A DNA stretch of 64,000 bases, taken from NCBI RefSeq assembly GCF_001194135.2, contig NC_069002.1, forward strand, positions 37,055,471-37,119,470, written 5' to 3'. The notes under the pieces were generated by a model that did no database searches, had not been told where the DNA came from, and saw nothing but the letters and a program-made list of their open reading frames with translations. This document shows positions 22,601 to 37,373 of this stretch, one piece after another. The DNA comes from Octopus bimaculoides. Lineage: Eukaryota. The position numbers were made by a program, and so were the translations under genes. How positions within the stretch are numbered: the stretch's first letter is position 1; each line of letters opens with the position of its first letter.

Positions 22601-25600
22601 GTGTGTTTACGTACCAGTTTGCATGACACTGGTATCTGCCACGACTGCGATTTTGCTCAGGTTGATGGGTCTTCTTCTCAAGCATGACATAATGCCAAAG
22701 GTCTTGGTCAATGCTTCCGTGAGGCCCAACACTTGAAAGGAACTCAGCCATTTTGCCTCTGTGAGGCTGAACGTTCAAAAGATGTTCTTTATGTGCCACA
22801 AGCATGGGTGCAAGGTTTTCTACCCAAGATGACATTTGTATTAACAACATCAATAATCACTTGGATAAAATTGTACATTCGAGCTTGATGGAATCCTCTA
22901 GGTTGTCAGATCCTGTCGAACCATTCAATCCAAACCAGCATGGAAGACAGGTGTTAAATGATGATTATGATGATGACGAGGAGGAGGAGGAGGATGGGTT
23001 GGCATTGAGAAATGTAAAAGGGTTTAAAACACAAGATGTAAATCTTAACCATGCTACACAGAGATTGAGTTTTTTTCTAGCCATTAATCTGCCTTCTTCA
23101 TCAAAGAACATTTAATAGAAAAATGAGTATTTAGGATTATAGGCCTCACATTGGAGTTATGCTAATGTTGTCTAATTATACATGGTGGTGGGGTGGGGAT
23201 TATGTTCTAGGGAATCGGGCGGACCAAAGAATTATCTCAGCAGGTTTTAAGGGAAGCAAAATAGAACAGACTGCATGTTACAGGATGATTTAGAAAGCCT
23301 ATTTGGATGGCCAGTGCCACAGAAAGCTGAACGTTTAAAATGATAATATCTACTATTCATTTTGCATGTCAAGTTTTTTACCAATCTGGTATTATCTCTT
23401 ATATTAATATGTCCAAGTCTTTGACAATCGGTCACTTTCTCAACTGAGCCCTTACCAAACATTTATTGCATACTGGTAAGTACCAGCACACATTGTCAGC
23501 TGCTGGCAGAGCAAAACCCCCAACAGTTTCGATCTTGAATTGAAGCCAGTTCACTTTAGAAAGTCACAAATGTCACACTTCCCATTTTCCCTTCCCTGTA
23601 AATATAGAGTCATTGTGCCCCAGCAAAACTCTGCTTAACATTTTCTTTTACTTTTCCTCTTCAGGTGTTGTCACAGATGATGAAGTCCTGGAGGTTGGTG
23701 AAATAGAGGATACGGCTGAAGTGACAAATTTCACATCTGGTTATGACTTCTATGAACAAGTTGAAGATACAAAAGACAGTGTTTGGCTCGTACAAGTAAT
23801 TGCCAGTGGTCACAATAGCTCCTTTATCAACAATGCAAGTTGGAAAACTGTGCGGAAGAAAGTTGCCAAATTTGGGGTCAGAGCTGGTGTGATGGACTGT
23901 TCTCTTGACTGGAAGTAAGGGTCAGATTTATATAAAATTAATAATTCTATTACAATTGCATCAGAATAGAACCATAACCAGTTAGCAGTATTTCATTTCA
24001 AATAAGATGTCAAAAATGATGTAGGTCAAGCCTCTAAGTTAAAAATTAGTTAAAAATAAATGTAGAACACATTTTATACACATACAGATACATATATATG
24101 TGTATACACACACACACACACGTCTGTTCTATTTACACTGCTTATGCATGTCTTTGGATTCTTAAAATAAATTAATCTTTTGTTTTTGTTTTTTTCTCAT
24201 TTCAGGTTATGCAGAAATAAGGGTTGGTATTCGTCCCAAGTCATCTTATCCCTCCCTGAGAACTTTAAAACTAAAGCCAATGTTGTTATGTATGTTTACA
24301 ATGGACCTGCCAAACCTAGTTCCATGTTCAAATGGGTGAAGAATAAACTGAATCGAAAAGTGAAACAAATTGCCGACTACGATGAGTTGAAGCGAGAATG
24401 GTTGTCTTTCCAAAAAAAATATGAAATCCGAGTTGTCCTCTTCACGGAGTTGGCATCCATCCCGCTGATATTCTCGGCTCTCAGTGTTAAATTTCCAGGT
24501 CGTGTACGTTTTGGGACTATGAATTCTAAATCTGGATCAGGAAAAGAAACTCTAGCTCGTCTGAAACTAAAGCCTCCTGCTTGCTTTGTGATAGCCCCTG
24601 GCAAAACCCTTGTTTATGGCTCACGGCCAGGTGAATTGTTGACGTTTCGATCAATGGAAAATTTTCTCAAGTCCTTATATCCTGAAGTGAATGATTTCTT
24701 TATTTTAAGTTTGATTGTTACCAATTTAATGGGTTGGTTTGAATTGTTTCTCAGTCAAGGAAGTGCGTTTCGACGACTGCTCCGCCTTATCTGCTGTTGT
24801 ATTAAATACAATATTGTCCTTATTATCTTGTGGCAGCCTTTGCTGGCATTCTTTCAGTTGTCTTATTTTGAAATACTTTTGGAATGGGGTTTGCTGGCCT
24901 TGCATTTCCTCAGCGGCTCGTCCATTGGAAGCATCATTCGGAAAGATCTCATTTTTTACAGTAACAGCCGATATCTACTTTTAGGGACATTTTTCTTGTA
25001 TTCTTTACTGGTTGGATACATCCAGTACAAACGGAAAAATGGTATGATTGACGAAGATGAATTCGATTGGTTCAACTTTGCTCAGCTGTTAAACTTTAAC
25101 CCCTTGTTAAATCCGTCTTTCCAAATAGTACATCCAGGGGGCTTGTACGCGATGTATCTGCTGGAAAGCAGTGACATGTTATTCGGACACTTTCCTGACT
25201 TAGTAGTCACTGAGATGCAATCTGTGGTCTCCAGTGACTACATTAAACACCTACCTCGATGGAAATATGGCAGAGTACTTAACCACAATGACAATTCAAA
25301 GCTAAAATGTTTTCATAAAGATGATGTTGAAAATTTAATTGCTACACCAAATCATGGATTTTGCTCAGGTTCACCAGATTTTGAATCCGGGGATGACCCT
25401 GCAATTCAAATGATGGACGGAAATTACTGCTGTGGTTGTATGCAAAGGAATGCAGCCTCCTCTGAATCTTTTGTTTCAACTTCACCTCCACCAGATCTGT
25501 CAGAAGAGCAGCAATCTCATAAATCGAACGATGATGGCTGCTGTCCCTTACACAAAAGAAAACATTCTTCTGCCTTGAGTGCAGAGGAATGCAAACACAA

Positions 25601-25901
25601 TTCTCTCTGTTCTGCATTCTCAAAGGCCAACGCTAGAGAAGCAAACCATCTTGTCTGCTCTGAAAATTACAAGTTGGTGCCTGATGGTTTTCTACAGACA
25701 AGCCAATGTGTGATATGTTTGGAAGATTTTGTAATTGGTGCGGACATCTGTGGCCTTCCCTGTGCTCATTTCTTTCATGAATGCTGTATATTACGTTGGT
25801 TGTATAGAATGAGTTATGCATGCCCCATGTGTCGGTGGCTGTCTTATAATCCGAAACCGGGCTTGGACTTGTGTGAAATTTTCTCTGCAGTTCCTAACTA
25901 A
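18920..25901 (+). CDS. RNF103: E3 ubiquitin ligase RNF103 (KF-1), about 723 aa, membrane RING-H2
   Basis: Exons 18920-19145, 23665-23914 and 24206-25901 (2172 nt, phases 1 and 2). The N-terminus MWVRIVLLIIYIAVLFVIARLLE...DPMTLSVKKLKALLEQRGVGY and FYEQVEDTKDSVWLVQVIA match recalled RNF103. Hydrophobic TM segments are present. RING-H2: CVICLEDF...LPCAHFFHECCILRWL...CPMCRW. Confidence 0.95.
19521..19650. repeat. Perfect 25-bp inverted repeat enclosing a (TA)n tract
   Basis: tgtgtacaccacataagttagtgat (19521-19545) and its exact reverse complement (19626-19650). Confidence 0.95.
20205..21140. mobile_element. Foldback-like element made of tandem ~140-160 bp subrepeats in opposite orientations
   Basis: Motif tttgtttcctcataatttcagaaaaatggatattt...tacaaata occurs forward at about 20210, 20365, 20493 and 20650, and inverted at about 20960 and 21120 (atgaggaaac). 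Confidence 0.6.
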
Positions 25902-28900
25902 ATGTAACAACAAATGCAGTTACCATTTTTTTATTATTATTATTATTCTATTTGACTTTGGCGAAACAAAAGGACTTTGGTCGTATATTCTTATTTTCTG
26001 TTATTATAATAATAATAATAATAATAATAATTATTATCATCATCATTACTTTCAGGGTTTCTCCTTAGTCTTAGGAGTGGCTAAATAACAGCGGCTTTTG
26101 AATAACAACAACAACAACAACAACAATAATAATAGAATTCTTATCAAGTAAGAGTAAGAAAACAAAATTGTTCTCGTCTAAGTTTAGAGTTGGGATTTAT
26201 CACCACTGCCTGTTTTCTCTTTCTTTCATACATCAAGAGTTAAGCTTCAATAGCATTCTTTCAGTAGGAACAGTCATTTTGATGGCACAGCCAACAGTTG
26301 TGTGCTTTCTCTGCATTTCGACAGTAAGGCCTTTGAAAGCTTCATTTCTTTAAAATAGCCATCAAACATGGAGACCAACTAGACATTACTGTCACTCTTC
26401 TTCTTCTCATAAATGATATTTGCTTTGCTACAATTTAAACATTTTGGTTTCCAATTGTAGAACATTCTGTTGTTCTTCAGCTTTATAACATTCCCAGTCA
26501 TTAGGTATCTTTCCCCCCACACCCTCCCTGTCAGAATAAAAGAGGTTCTCTCTAACTTCTAACACAAAGAATTTAACAGTAAATATGTGGTTAAGAATAT
26601 TAGAACCTTGTTTTAGTTTAGAAACAACATACAACAGTTTAAAGCTTATCTCAAAAATGTAATTTAGACATAACAAGATATTTGTTCTCCCCTTTTTTTG
26701 AAATGTTATTTTGTTAAATATTAGACTTTCTTTAGGTAAAAACTGAAATTATGTATAAAGAATATGAATGCATCTTTTTTTTTTTTTTTTTTTTTTTTTC
26801 TTATTTAAGATAGATTAGTTAATTAGCAACTGTTAAACTTTTACTTTTTTCAGATTTAAACCGTTTGCCATTTTGACCAAACCAGAATGCTATTGTGACC
26901 AGTCTTTAATTTTGATGTGATAAAGATGGATAATTTCTTTTAAAAATGGATTTTTAAAATTAATTTTGCAAATGTCAAAGGATGTTATTGTTACATTCCA
27001 AAGCTTAGTTACAGAAGGATCTTATCTCTTGCTTTCCCTCTTAAAATATCTCTTGTTGTGAAAGACAGTATTCTTATGAAGTGTCAGTGAAGCTGTATCA
27101 ACAATTCAATTGGTTTTATTCTACTTCTCTGCCATCATCTTATAAAGAGCAAGGATAGCTCCACTTGATAGGACAGCAGCAAGCTAACTGGGAGTTTAAG
27201 TTTGTGTTGCCACAGCATTACATTCTGTCTATTGCAAAGACATTTCATTCACCCTGGCCACTGAACTCTGAGAAGTACTGCAGGATATAGACCACAGTTA
27301 CATTATACTGTTGCTCCAATAAGGTACTGCATGATGGTATAACCAAACCACGCTCAAACCTCTACGCTATAAAATTGTTGATTTGCAGTACTGAATTCAA
27401 TTCCTCCCATGAGAACAGTTATTTGCAAATAGACTGGAATTTTATCCAAGGAAAGATTATTTCTCTTTCATTCACTTCATGCCACATCATCTGGAGATAA
27501 AAAACATCAAACCCTGTAGATCATGTATGTCTGAGAAAGGATAGCAGTTACACTTAATTAAGCAAACAAAAATGTTTTAAAGAGTTGCGGCTATCAAGGT
27601 GATAGTTTATTGACCTACCGTCCAAAAGTGTTGATGTTTTATATCTTGTCACCAATATTCTATTCTGTTCCTGGGAGGAAAAATAAAAAAGTACTTGTCT
27701 ATCACTGGCTGAGTTTGTGAGTATGTAATTCACCAGTGTTAGCATAGTATAATTCATGAGTGTTTGGTTACCTTGCAGTGCTGAGGTCGACAAAACATCT
27801 GAGAGTAATGAAGTTAGTGTTCCAATGTCCTCTTTCTTAAATTGTGATTCTGATGAAGATTAAGTTTACAATAGTGCCCTCATCACCCAACTGTTTTATG
27901 TGATATTCCTGAAAAACGTCTGTGACTATTAAATAAATAGTGGATACAATTAAGACTTGAGAAGATAATTTTTGATGTCTCTTTATGAGACTTTCTCACA
28001 AATGCTATACACCATAATAACTAGGGCCAATTTTATGGCCCCCTATTACAGGGCAATGAATTATTTAATATTGTATCATGTAACATACCCTACCATGGCT
28101 GCACTCCCTTTTCCAGTGGATCAGGAATTCTCAGTATTGCAAACTCTGTAAATAACAATTCTATCTTCTGGGCAGAGACAAGACAGATATTGACAGTTTC
28201 TTCTATTTCATAGCATGGCTAGTGGTATCACTACTATTGCAAATAAAATAGTTTCTTATGAAAGCAAGTTTCTACTTTGAAATATTTCTTTTTTAAATCA
28301 GATTTGTATTACAGGGTGTAACAAGACAGTTCCGAGACCACCCATCGATCACTCATTTTGATTGTTCTTAGGAACTGAATTGACTCCTGATTTTATTTAA
28401 ACTAAACTGGTTTGGTTAATCATAGAAAAGAAAAAATACTTTTATAGAAGTTTAAGGAAGATAATGTTATTAATATTAAGGTTAACAAATAAGCAGTGAG
28501 CTTGTGTAATTGTTAGCACATCAGACAAAATGCTTTTCTTTTTTATTTTATTTTGCAGCTCCTTATGTCCCACCAAGCCAAACTTTGCCTTTCATTCTTC
28601 TAGAGTTATAAAATAAATACCAGTTGAGCACTGGGGTCGATGTAGTCAACCAGTCCCTCCCCACAGGGTGGATAAAAGCAATGGGTTTGATGCAATTGGC
28701 TAGCCCACCCTCCAAAACTTCCAGCCTTATACCTACAGTAGAAAGAATATGATGGTTAGCAAGTACTGTTGTGTTGCCGATTTCATTGGGCACGGGGTTG
28801 GCTCAATCATGCATTATTTACCAAGGGGTTTACTGTAATTAACAATTATAGCTGAGTTAACAAAATTTTGCTCCACTGAAAAATTAATAACTACATTGTG

Positions 28901-30054
28901 TTCATGGAGAAGGCTCTTTATTTTTACTGACCCAGTTGAACAAATAAATCAGATGGTGTGACACAGTTTGGGAGATGGATTCTGAATGTCTGTTTGTTCC
29001 CCACCACCACTTGGTAACTGGTGTTGGTTTGCTTACATCCCTGTAATTTAGCAGTTCAGCAAAAGGGGCTGATAAAATAAGTACCAAGCTTAAAAAGAAA
29101 ACAAGTCCTGTGGTTGATTTGTTTGATTAAAATTCCTTAAGGTGGTGCTCCAGCATAGCCACAGCAGAAATAAGATAAAAAGATATACAGAAAGGTAATA
29201 GAAAGGGAACTAATGCCAATAATTCACAGCTAAACTGAAAACTTTGAAACTAGAAATTTCTGTTTGAGGTGAGTTGTGACATTTGTCTTCCCAAAGTAAC
29301 ACAAGTGGAGTGAAATGATCAAAGTGGGAATTTTTATCATCACTTAACTGAAATGTCTGTTTTCCATACTGGAATGGGTTGACCAGAGTTGTACCAGGTT
29401 CCAGTCTGATATGGCATGATTTCTCCTTCTGACCTAATGCCAACCACTTTACAGTGTGGGATGTAAGTGCTTTAAACATGATACTGGCACACGGTTCTTG
29501 CAGGACAATCCTCTTTATCGAGGGATGTGGGTGGCATTAGACAAAATTAGTTGGCTTTCTGCTTCCTAAAAGTTTCTAACGTAAAGTACAGATACATGGG
29601 GATAGAGAGAAGTTTCAACAATGTTTGACCCAAATATTTTATGTCCTCAGGTCTGGTGATGTAAGACTTAGCAACAATTTGTCAAGGCTGAACAACATTC
29701 CTTTTCAGTATATACAACTTTATTTATAGAAATACTTAAATGATTTTTCCAAAGTTTCAAATTCCCCAACCCCAGCATCAAAAAAAAAAAAAAACTTATT
29801 AGATACAGAACTGAGATAAGATTGCGTATATGAATTTTATTATGTATATATATATAATTTTATATGTAATGTAGGAACAAGACATAACAGTTTAATCAGT
29901 TCTTTTATTACTAGGCCACAGATTACGTACTGAGATTGGGATTGAACCTACAAAGAGGAAAATTCAAATGTAGGAGCAGAAAAAAATTGAAGGAAATTAA
30001 ATGGCTGATGGGAAACTTGAGGCAGAACAAGATACAGAGATTGGTTTTGAAATG

Positions 30055-33000
30055 TTACTTTTTCCCATCTTTTTTCTCTTCTTTCTTCTTATCCTCTTCG
30101 GGTTTGGTTAAAGAAGTCATAGCATTCCTAATGGCTTCACTCTCTGGGTCAACACCCGGTAAATTTTCCAATACACTTTGAACAAAAGCTGGGTCATTCA
30201 TAACTTCTGAATAGTCATCTTCCTCTGCCTGCATAAGTAAGCAGAAACATAAGAGGTTTGTTAAGATTAAAAAGAAAATAATAAACTCTCTTTCTCTCTG
30301 TGGAAACATTATTTCCATACGCATCTAGAACACTTCCTCAGCATCAGTAGAAGTCTGGCAATGTCCTTGGGTTCTAAAGAGTGCTAATGGAGCACACTGT
30401 CAATACTGTAGACTGAGCAGAGTGGCAGCAAAAGAATGGTACAGTTCTGAATTAAATGTCTTAGGATACTTAGATTTATGAATTAACATTGTGAGTGGTC
30501 ATCTGTTGGGATTGATTGATTAGACTGATGCAATCTATAAATAGATTGGGACAGCTTTTCTACCCAGAATTCTTTGTTATAGAATTTGTGTAGAGCAACA
30601 GAAGGAGAAGAGGCATGAGAGATTTAATCGAAGAGTGCGGGGAACAGTGGTGGACTGTCGAGTATTACCACCTGGCACTGGGGGCTAGAGGATTCATTGA
30701 AAGGAAAATGGCAACGTTATTTAAAAGAAGGTTTGCATTTTTGAGCTCAGAGCTGAGAAAAGTAATAAGGATACAGGAGGAAGTTGACAAAGCCAGCTTC
30801 TATAACTGAAACGAGAAGACCCGAAATGGCTCATAAGCCATAACATGCTGGCTGAGAAAAAGCATTGCTAGATGAAGCTGGCTGGCCCTTAAGCAGCGTT
30901 GCTGTTTGACAGTTGTGCCAAGGGATCAACCTCATTCATTGCACGCCCTACTCCTTAATGGTTTGAAGGATTGTACCATCAGACAGCTAGTTGGCCCTGG
31001 CTGCTGGAATTGAAACTAACACGATGCTGTTGGAAAGTAGGTTTAGAGAGGGCNNNNNNNNNNNNNNNNNNNNNNNNNNNNNNNNNNNNNNNNNNNNNNN
31101 NNNNNNNNNNNNNNNGCGTCCTTCCCCTCCATTGGCCAGTTGAAGTTTAGTGTCATGTGACAGTTAGCTGGTGCTGGCTGTTAGAGCCTACCGGCGAGTG
31201 TTTAAGAGGGGAATTTGGCATGATGGTCATTTGCCCACTGACATTTGTTGATGCTGCATTGAAGAAACCAAAGAACAAAAGGCCAAAAGAAAAAACACAT
31301 TCAACACCAGAGCTGAAGACAGCTCCAAAAGTCGGGGAAGGGAAGATTGGGGGCTAGGGGCATCGCCATGTAAATGGTAGAGGAGTAGGGGCCGAAACTG
31401 GACGTGGATCCTATAAAGCAGCTGTTGAGGTATCAAATCACGAAATGTGATTGGAATTCCTAATGGATATAAGGAAAAAGATATTTTGCAATAAGACTTT
31501 GTTACCTTTTTTTCAGATTCATAGCCAGCAGTCTCCATTGGAGATGGGGCATCCACATCAGTAACACCTGGAACAATAAACAGAGGTGGATGTATAAACA
31601 AGAATCCTACAATCAAGTGTGTATGTGTGTATCTATATGTAGTAAACCCTTATTTTAATGGATTTAAAGAGAGAGAGAAAAGACTGCAGTTGTACGATCA
31701 AGTAATAATGTGTATGAATGAAGACAGCTGCAGCAAGAAGTTCCCGATCTTGAATTGTCGAGAGAGCTAGAATGGGTTCTGATCACAGGTCTGTTTATTG
31801 AGGGTTGACCCAGGCTAATCCTCAACAAGTTATTGTTCCTGGGAATAGAGAAGCATGGAATTACCTGGATTCTGCAACGACATCTGCATAGCATATGCAA
31901 TTTGTTCCTCTTCACTCATCGAAGAAATATCTGGAACAATGTTGGCAGCAGGGACAGCTGGGAAATCAGAAACTGTCTTGGTTGCAGCGGCAGAGGGAAA
32001 AGCTGAACCTCCACTAGCAGGGTTTTCATTTTCTATCACCGACATCTTGAGAGCACGTTCTAATAATGCTTCATCTGTAGTTGCTGTAAGCATAAAGATA
32101 CACATCTAATATAATCATTTCCATTCAATATTCATATCAGTGATCAATCAAAATGTATTTAAAGACAGACTGCAAAATATTGAATAACAGAAAAACATTA
32201 AAAAAAAAACCCTCAGCCAGTTATGAATATTTTTTTTTGTATGTTACATGTTACCTTCAATATTATGTTAAGAGAACCTTCACTCGCATACTAATATTAA
32301 AATGCCAAAAAATCCTGGATGGAAAACAGTTTGCAAAATCAAAGTCCAAACAAAAATTCTTTGCTCGAGTGAATACTTTCAACATTCACAAAACAAATAC
32401 AATTCCATGGGTCATCCTTAGTTGCCATAACAGTTTTGGATATCAATCTGCCTGAGACCGAACCAAGTCACAAGTTCTATCACACAAAACCAACAAGTTT
32501 TGTAGTGCTCATATCTAATTAAAAATCACACACACACACAGAGGCTTCTTTCAGTTTCTGCCAACCAATCCACTCACAAGACTTTGGTCCACCTGGGGCT
32601 AAGGCAGTCACTCCAGGCATCACACTTCCGCAATACAAACAGAAATATTGGTTTCAAATCTTGGCACAAGGCCAGCAAGTTCAAGAGAGAGAGGTTAAAT
32701 CAATCACATCATCCTCAGCGCTCAACTGGTCCTTATTTTATCGGCCCCAAAAGGATGAAAGGCAAAGTCGACCTCAGAATGTAAAGACAGATGAAATGCA
32801 AGCTCAGTATTTTGACGATTGCACTAACGACTCTACCAGTTCACTGCCTTACACAAACAGAAATATTAATTAAACAAGGTTGTTTACCTGTAGTTTCAGC
32901 TGACTGCATTTCCGTGTCCTGAATTGGAGCACTTGCTGCTTTCCTGGCTTCATCTTCCTGTCGAGCTCGTTGTTCTTCCATCGAGACTCTCAAAGCCTAC

Positions 33001-35849
33001 AAACCAAAATTAAAACGGATTTTCATAAATGAAACATTTTTACATCAACAACAGAAGAAAAAATTACAGCTGAGAAATCAAATTCCCAAGCTAAAATAAT
33101 TATTTTCAGATGTGATACAATCAGTTGCATCTAATAAACTTCTGCATGTTTCAGAACTATTTTACAACTGTACTTGTTTCGATATCAACATTAGAATTCA
33201 TACTTTGCAACAATTATGAGGTAAGACACAGAAATGGTTCTAGCTAAAATACAGGTGCCACAGTCAACACCATTTAATGTCTACTTTAACAGCTGCTTCT
33301 GAAGGACAAAAACCATGTTACACAGTGTAATCACAGCTATGAAATAATGAAACTGGAAGTCCCATCAAAGTCATGCACAGTTAATATTTCATTACATGAA
33401 TAGTGATTAAAAGTCATTCAACACAGGTGAAAAAATAAACGAATGTGATCAAACTCACCAAGGCTAATTCAGGATCTTCGTTGGGATCAACTCCAAATTC
33501 ATAACTAACAATGTTTAATCCAGGAGCTGCACCATCTTCACCGACAACAATGGCAGAAGACGAAAGAGCATCAGACAACATGGGACCAGACGGTACCGTT
33601 AAAAGATGGGAACTGGAAATATGTGAATAGTTCTGTGAGAATGGGGATTTAGTAGAAAGATTTAATTCACTGTATCAAGTAGAATACAAGTCATTTATGA
33701 ACTTAGTGTGTAACAGTTTAGTTCCTGACTGTAGCCATTGAAGACTTTAATTAAATTCATTAACATCAAAATATCGGATAAATAGACATTTGCCCTGATT
33801 GAAAAACAAAAACAAAAATAAGTAGATGTCTGTCTTTCTTGGCAATCTCCTTGTTTGCTAAGAATTTTGTATATTAAATCACTGCTTCTTTAGGGAGGTT
33901 TTAAGGAACCTCAAAGCTTTATGAAAAAAATTGTGGGGGTTGCACAAGATAAATGCCTTTTAATAAAATTTAATACAAAATGGTATTCATCACTTTCAAA
34001 ATAAATATGGTGTGGTTCCTACAATTTTTGGAACTGCTGTATTAAATGACAAAAATCAATCATGGAACACGAATAAAGGAAAAATGCATTATTGGAGGCA
34101 CCGAGGAGGTATCTCCAACTATGTATTTGCTATTTACAAATGTTTTGTTAACTGAGAAGATATTTCCTTAGCTATGGAAAATGCAACTGAAAACATATCT
34201 AGTTTAACTTGCCAAGGAAATAGATGATGCGTTTTCAGAAATAATCACCCATAGATGGATACCTCTGCTATGGAAAAAAATTAAACAAATATGTCACATT
34301 TGTTTAAGATAAATAAGAAAATAATAATTACAATAACAAGTTGAATTGAAAATATTGATTTCATTTGATTAGAATTAAGGTTAATTTTTCTATAAGATTT
34401 TATATAAACTCCAATATATTTTATCAATAGCATCCATTTTCCACCAAAAGTAAAAGACATTGATGACCAAGGCAGCATTTGAACCTGAAACCAATTGGTA
34501 CAAATCTAACTATTCAAGTGCTTCTGGTTCAGAAATATAACTTTGGTAGAAGATCAAACTACTCACCTGGTGCCATCTTTACCATTTATTGTATTAATGA
34601 GTGCAGTTAATTTCTCAGTGTTGATAGCCTTCCGATGAGTAAGAAGAAAAAAAACAGAAAAACAAAGAAATAAATTTTAAGTTCCAGAATGACATGAAAA
34701 TAAAAAATTGTTGATTTATTTTTCTATAGAAACAGAATATTAAATAATAATTCAGCCAAAATATTCTACTTGCTTTCTGTCTAAAGCAGCCATATCCAGC
34801 CCCTTACACCTACCCTACAATGTCATTATAAAAACAATCATCATAATCTTTTATTTGACAGAGGAATCTGAAATGGTAATGGGTTCAGGCACTAACGTAT
34901 AAGCAGGTTAAGAAGTCGCATGAACTATAATAGTTTCAAAGTTAATGCAGGATTAATTTAGTCATGCATTAAATTAATAAATGTATGATTAATTTAAAAC
35001 AATATGAATAAATAAACATTTACATTTGACAAAGTAATCTGAATGCTAAACGATAAAAGTCCCTGCAGGGATCAAAAAGAAGTTGCTGAGGTAGATTTTT
35101 CTGCAGCTGTCTACCCCTCCTGTCCATCAGTCCTTGTGCCTGTTTCTAAGCAAGGTGATCTCTCTTCCACTGGCTGGACATGCTTTCACAGAAGACTGGA
35201 AACAAGGGACTCAGTTTGTATATTTGTGGCACTCGTGTAATATCAAAACAAGGAGACACACGACAAGTACCTTCCAGTTTCCATCTACCAAATCCCATCA
35301 CAAAGCATTGGCCAGCCCAGGGATCTAAAAGACTCTCACCTAAGGTGCCATACAGTCAGGCTGAATATGAACCCAGCCACTTCTTAACCCACACCTAATA
35401 CAAAATATATAAAAGCAAATAAACCCAGTAACTCACTTCTTCTCCAAAATTCACAACATCAACATTCACTTTTTCTTTTTTCAATTTTTTACCAATTTTC
35501 ACAAGCTGAAAGAAAGAGAGAAAATAGAAATAATACATTTCTAAATCTCTCAGAGAGATTTATACAGTAGTAACACGATAAAGTGGTGGTATGTTGTCAA
35601 CTTAATGTGACAGTCCCATGAAAGGGAAGAATACTATTTATGCTTCTAGGAAGAAGCTATTTAGCCTTAGGAAGCACTGCTTCCTGTCGGCCTTGACACA
35701 GGGAATGGGTCAAAGCCGACAGGAAGCGGTGCTTTCTAGGGCTAAATAGCAGTAGTATGCTTCCCTTTCATGAGACTGTCACATTAAGTTGACAACATAC
35801 TACCACTTTAAGAGAGAAAATATCAGTCTTGTAAATGGAATGTGGCTGA

Positions 35850-35883
<34 letters not shown>

Positions 35884-37090
35884 GCCCTGATGCAGTATTT
35901 GAATTGGCAATCATATAAACAGCAGGTACAAATGACCTTTATAATTGTATTTTACTTATTTTAGACTCAAATTTATATCTAATTCAGATAACAGTAAAAT
36001 ATTTTAGTTTGTTTCTTGTTTTTTGGTTTAGTCATTTACTTAACGTCCCAAAGAGACACACAAGCAAAATGGTAGGAATACAACCATATTCAACTTGTCC
36101 CTTTTTCTTCTCTAGGCTCTTCTTTTTTTATTTATTCTTCAGTCTGATGAAGCTCCATGTTTCAGATCGGTTTTATTACCAAACATGATAAATATTTTTA
36201 GCATATCAGTGGCAATACCATACAACATAGGAAGCAGAAACAGCTTTTAGATGGGATGCAGTCTATTTGTATTGAATTAATAAATAATAATTAATGCAAG
36301 TCAATTGTTGTTCATCGATTTCTCCATTTTCTGTCTTCTTTAAATTTCTTTTTTATATTTATTTAAATTACTCTCATTGGATAGCAGTCAAAATAACAAT
36401 GATTTTTATTTACAAACATCATCGTTGTTTAAACTCCAATAAACTCTGTCTGGTCTATGTTTGCATGTGCCAGATGGAGTTTATAGATGTAGACTTTCTA
36501 CGGATGAATGCGCCTTGTTGCCAAACCTCACTTGCTTCCAAGCAAGGTAATATTTCCTTATGAGCTGATAGGTTTTTTTGGCAGAATATTGGAAAGGAAT
36601 GACACTGTTTTCTGTATCTAAGAAGAGATAGACAGATGCAGATTTTCTTCTAGCGTTTTAATAATGAAATGCAAAAACACATCTAAATTTATATGTTGGT
36701 GTATCTCATGTAATACAGATTTCTAACATAAACACTAAAAATTTTGAGGAATGGGTATCAAATGTTTAACCCAGTAAATGGTTATTTTAATTGACCCTGG
36801 AAAGATAAAAAGCAAAAGCCAACCACAGACGAATTTGGAATGGAAATCAACATGAAACTAAATATTGTTGAGTATTTCATCTTTTGTTCTACTGATTCTT
36901 CCAAACCATCTCACTTCCAAACTATTGGTATAGGACCATATAAACAACAAATAGTTTAAAAGAAGAACACATGTAAAACAATACCTCTTTTTCATCATCT
37001 TCAATAGGGCTGGCCACAAATATTACAATTCTCATTTTATGGTTTCTTCCTTGACGATGTTTGAGAGCCAACTGCAACAAAAACAACAGC

Positions 37091-37122
<32 letters not shown>

Positions 37123-37335
37123 CTTCAAATTTTGGCTCAAGGTCAGGAATTTGGGGAACGGAGTAAGTCAATATTACATTGACCCCAGAACTCAACTAAT
37201 ACTTATTTTATTGACTCCAAAAGGGTGAAAGGCAAAGTTGACCTCAGCAGAACTTGAACTCAAAACATAAAGATGGACAAAATGCCTATAAGCATTTTGC
37301 CCCGTGTGCTAATAACTCTGCCAGCTTGCTACTTC

Positions 37336-37373
<38 letters not shown>

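Noticed and set aside
24180-24205. ORF-track start for a 573-aa protein
   Set aside because: The TTG lies in the polypyrimidine tract; the true exon starts at 24206. The same applies to the TTG start at 63777.
27554-27793. 79-aa minus-strand ORF between RNF103 and PSMD4
   Set aside because: No recognisable motif and no convincing splice partners.
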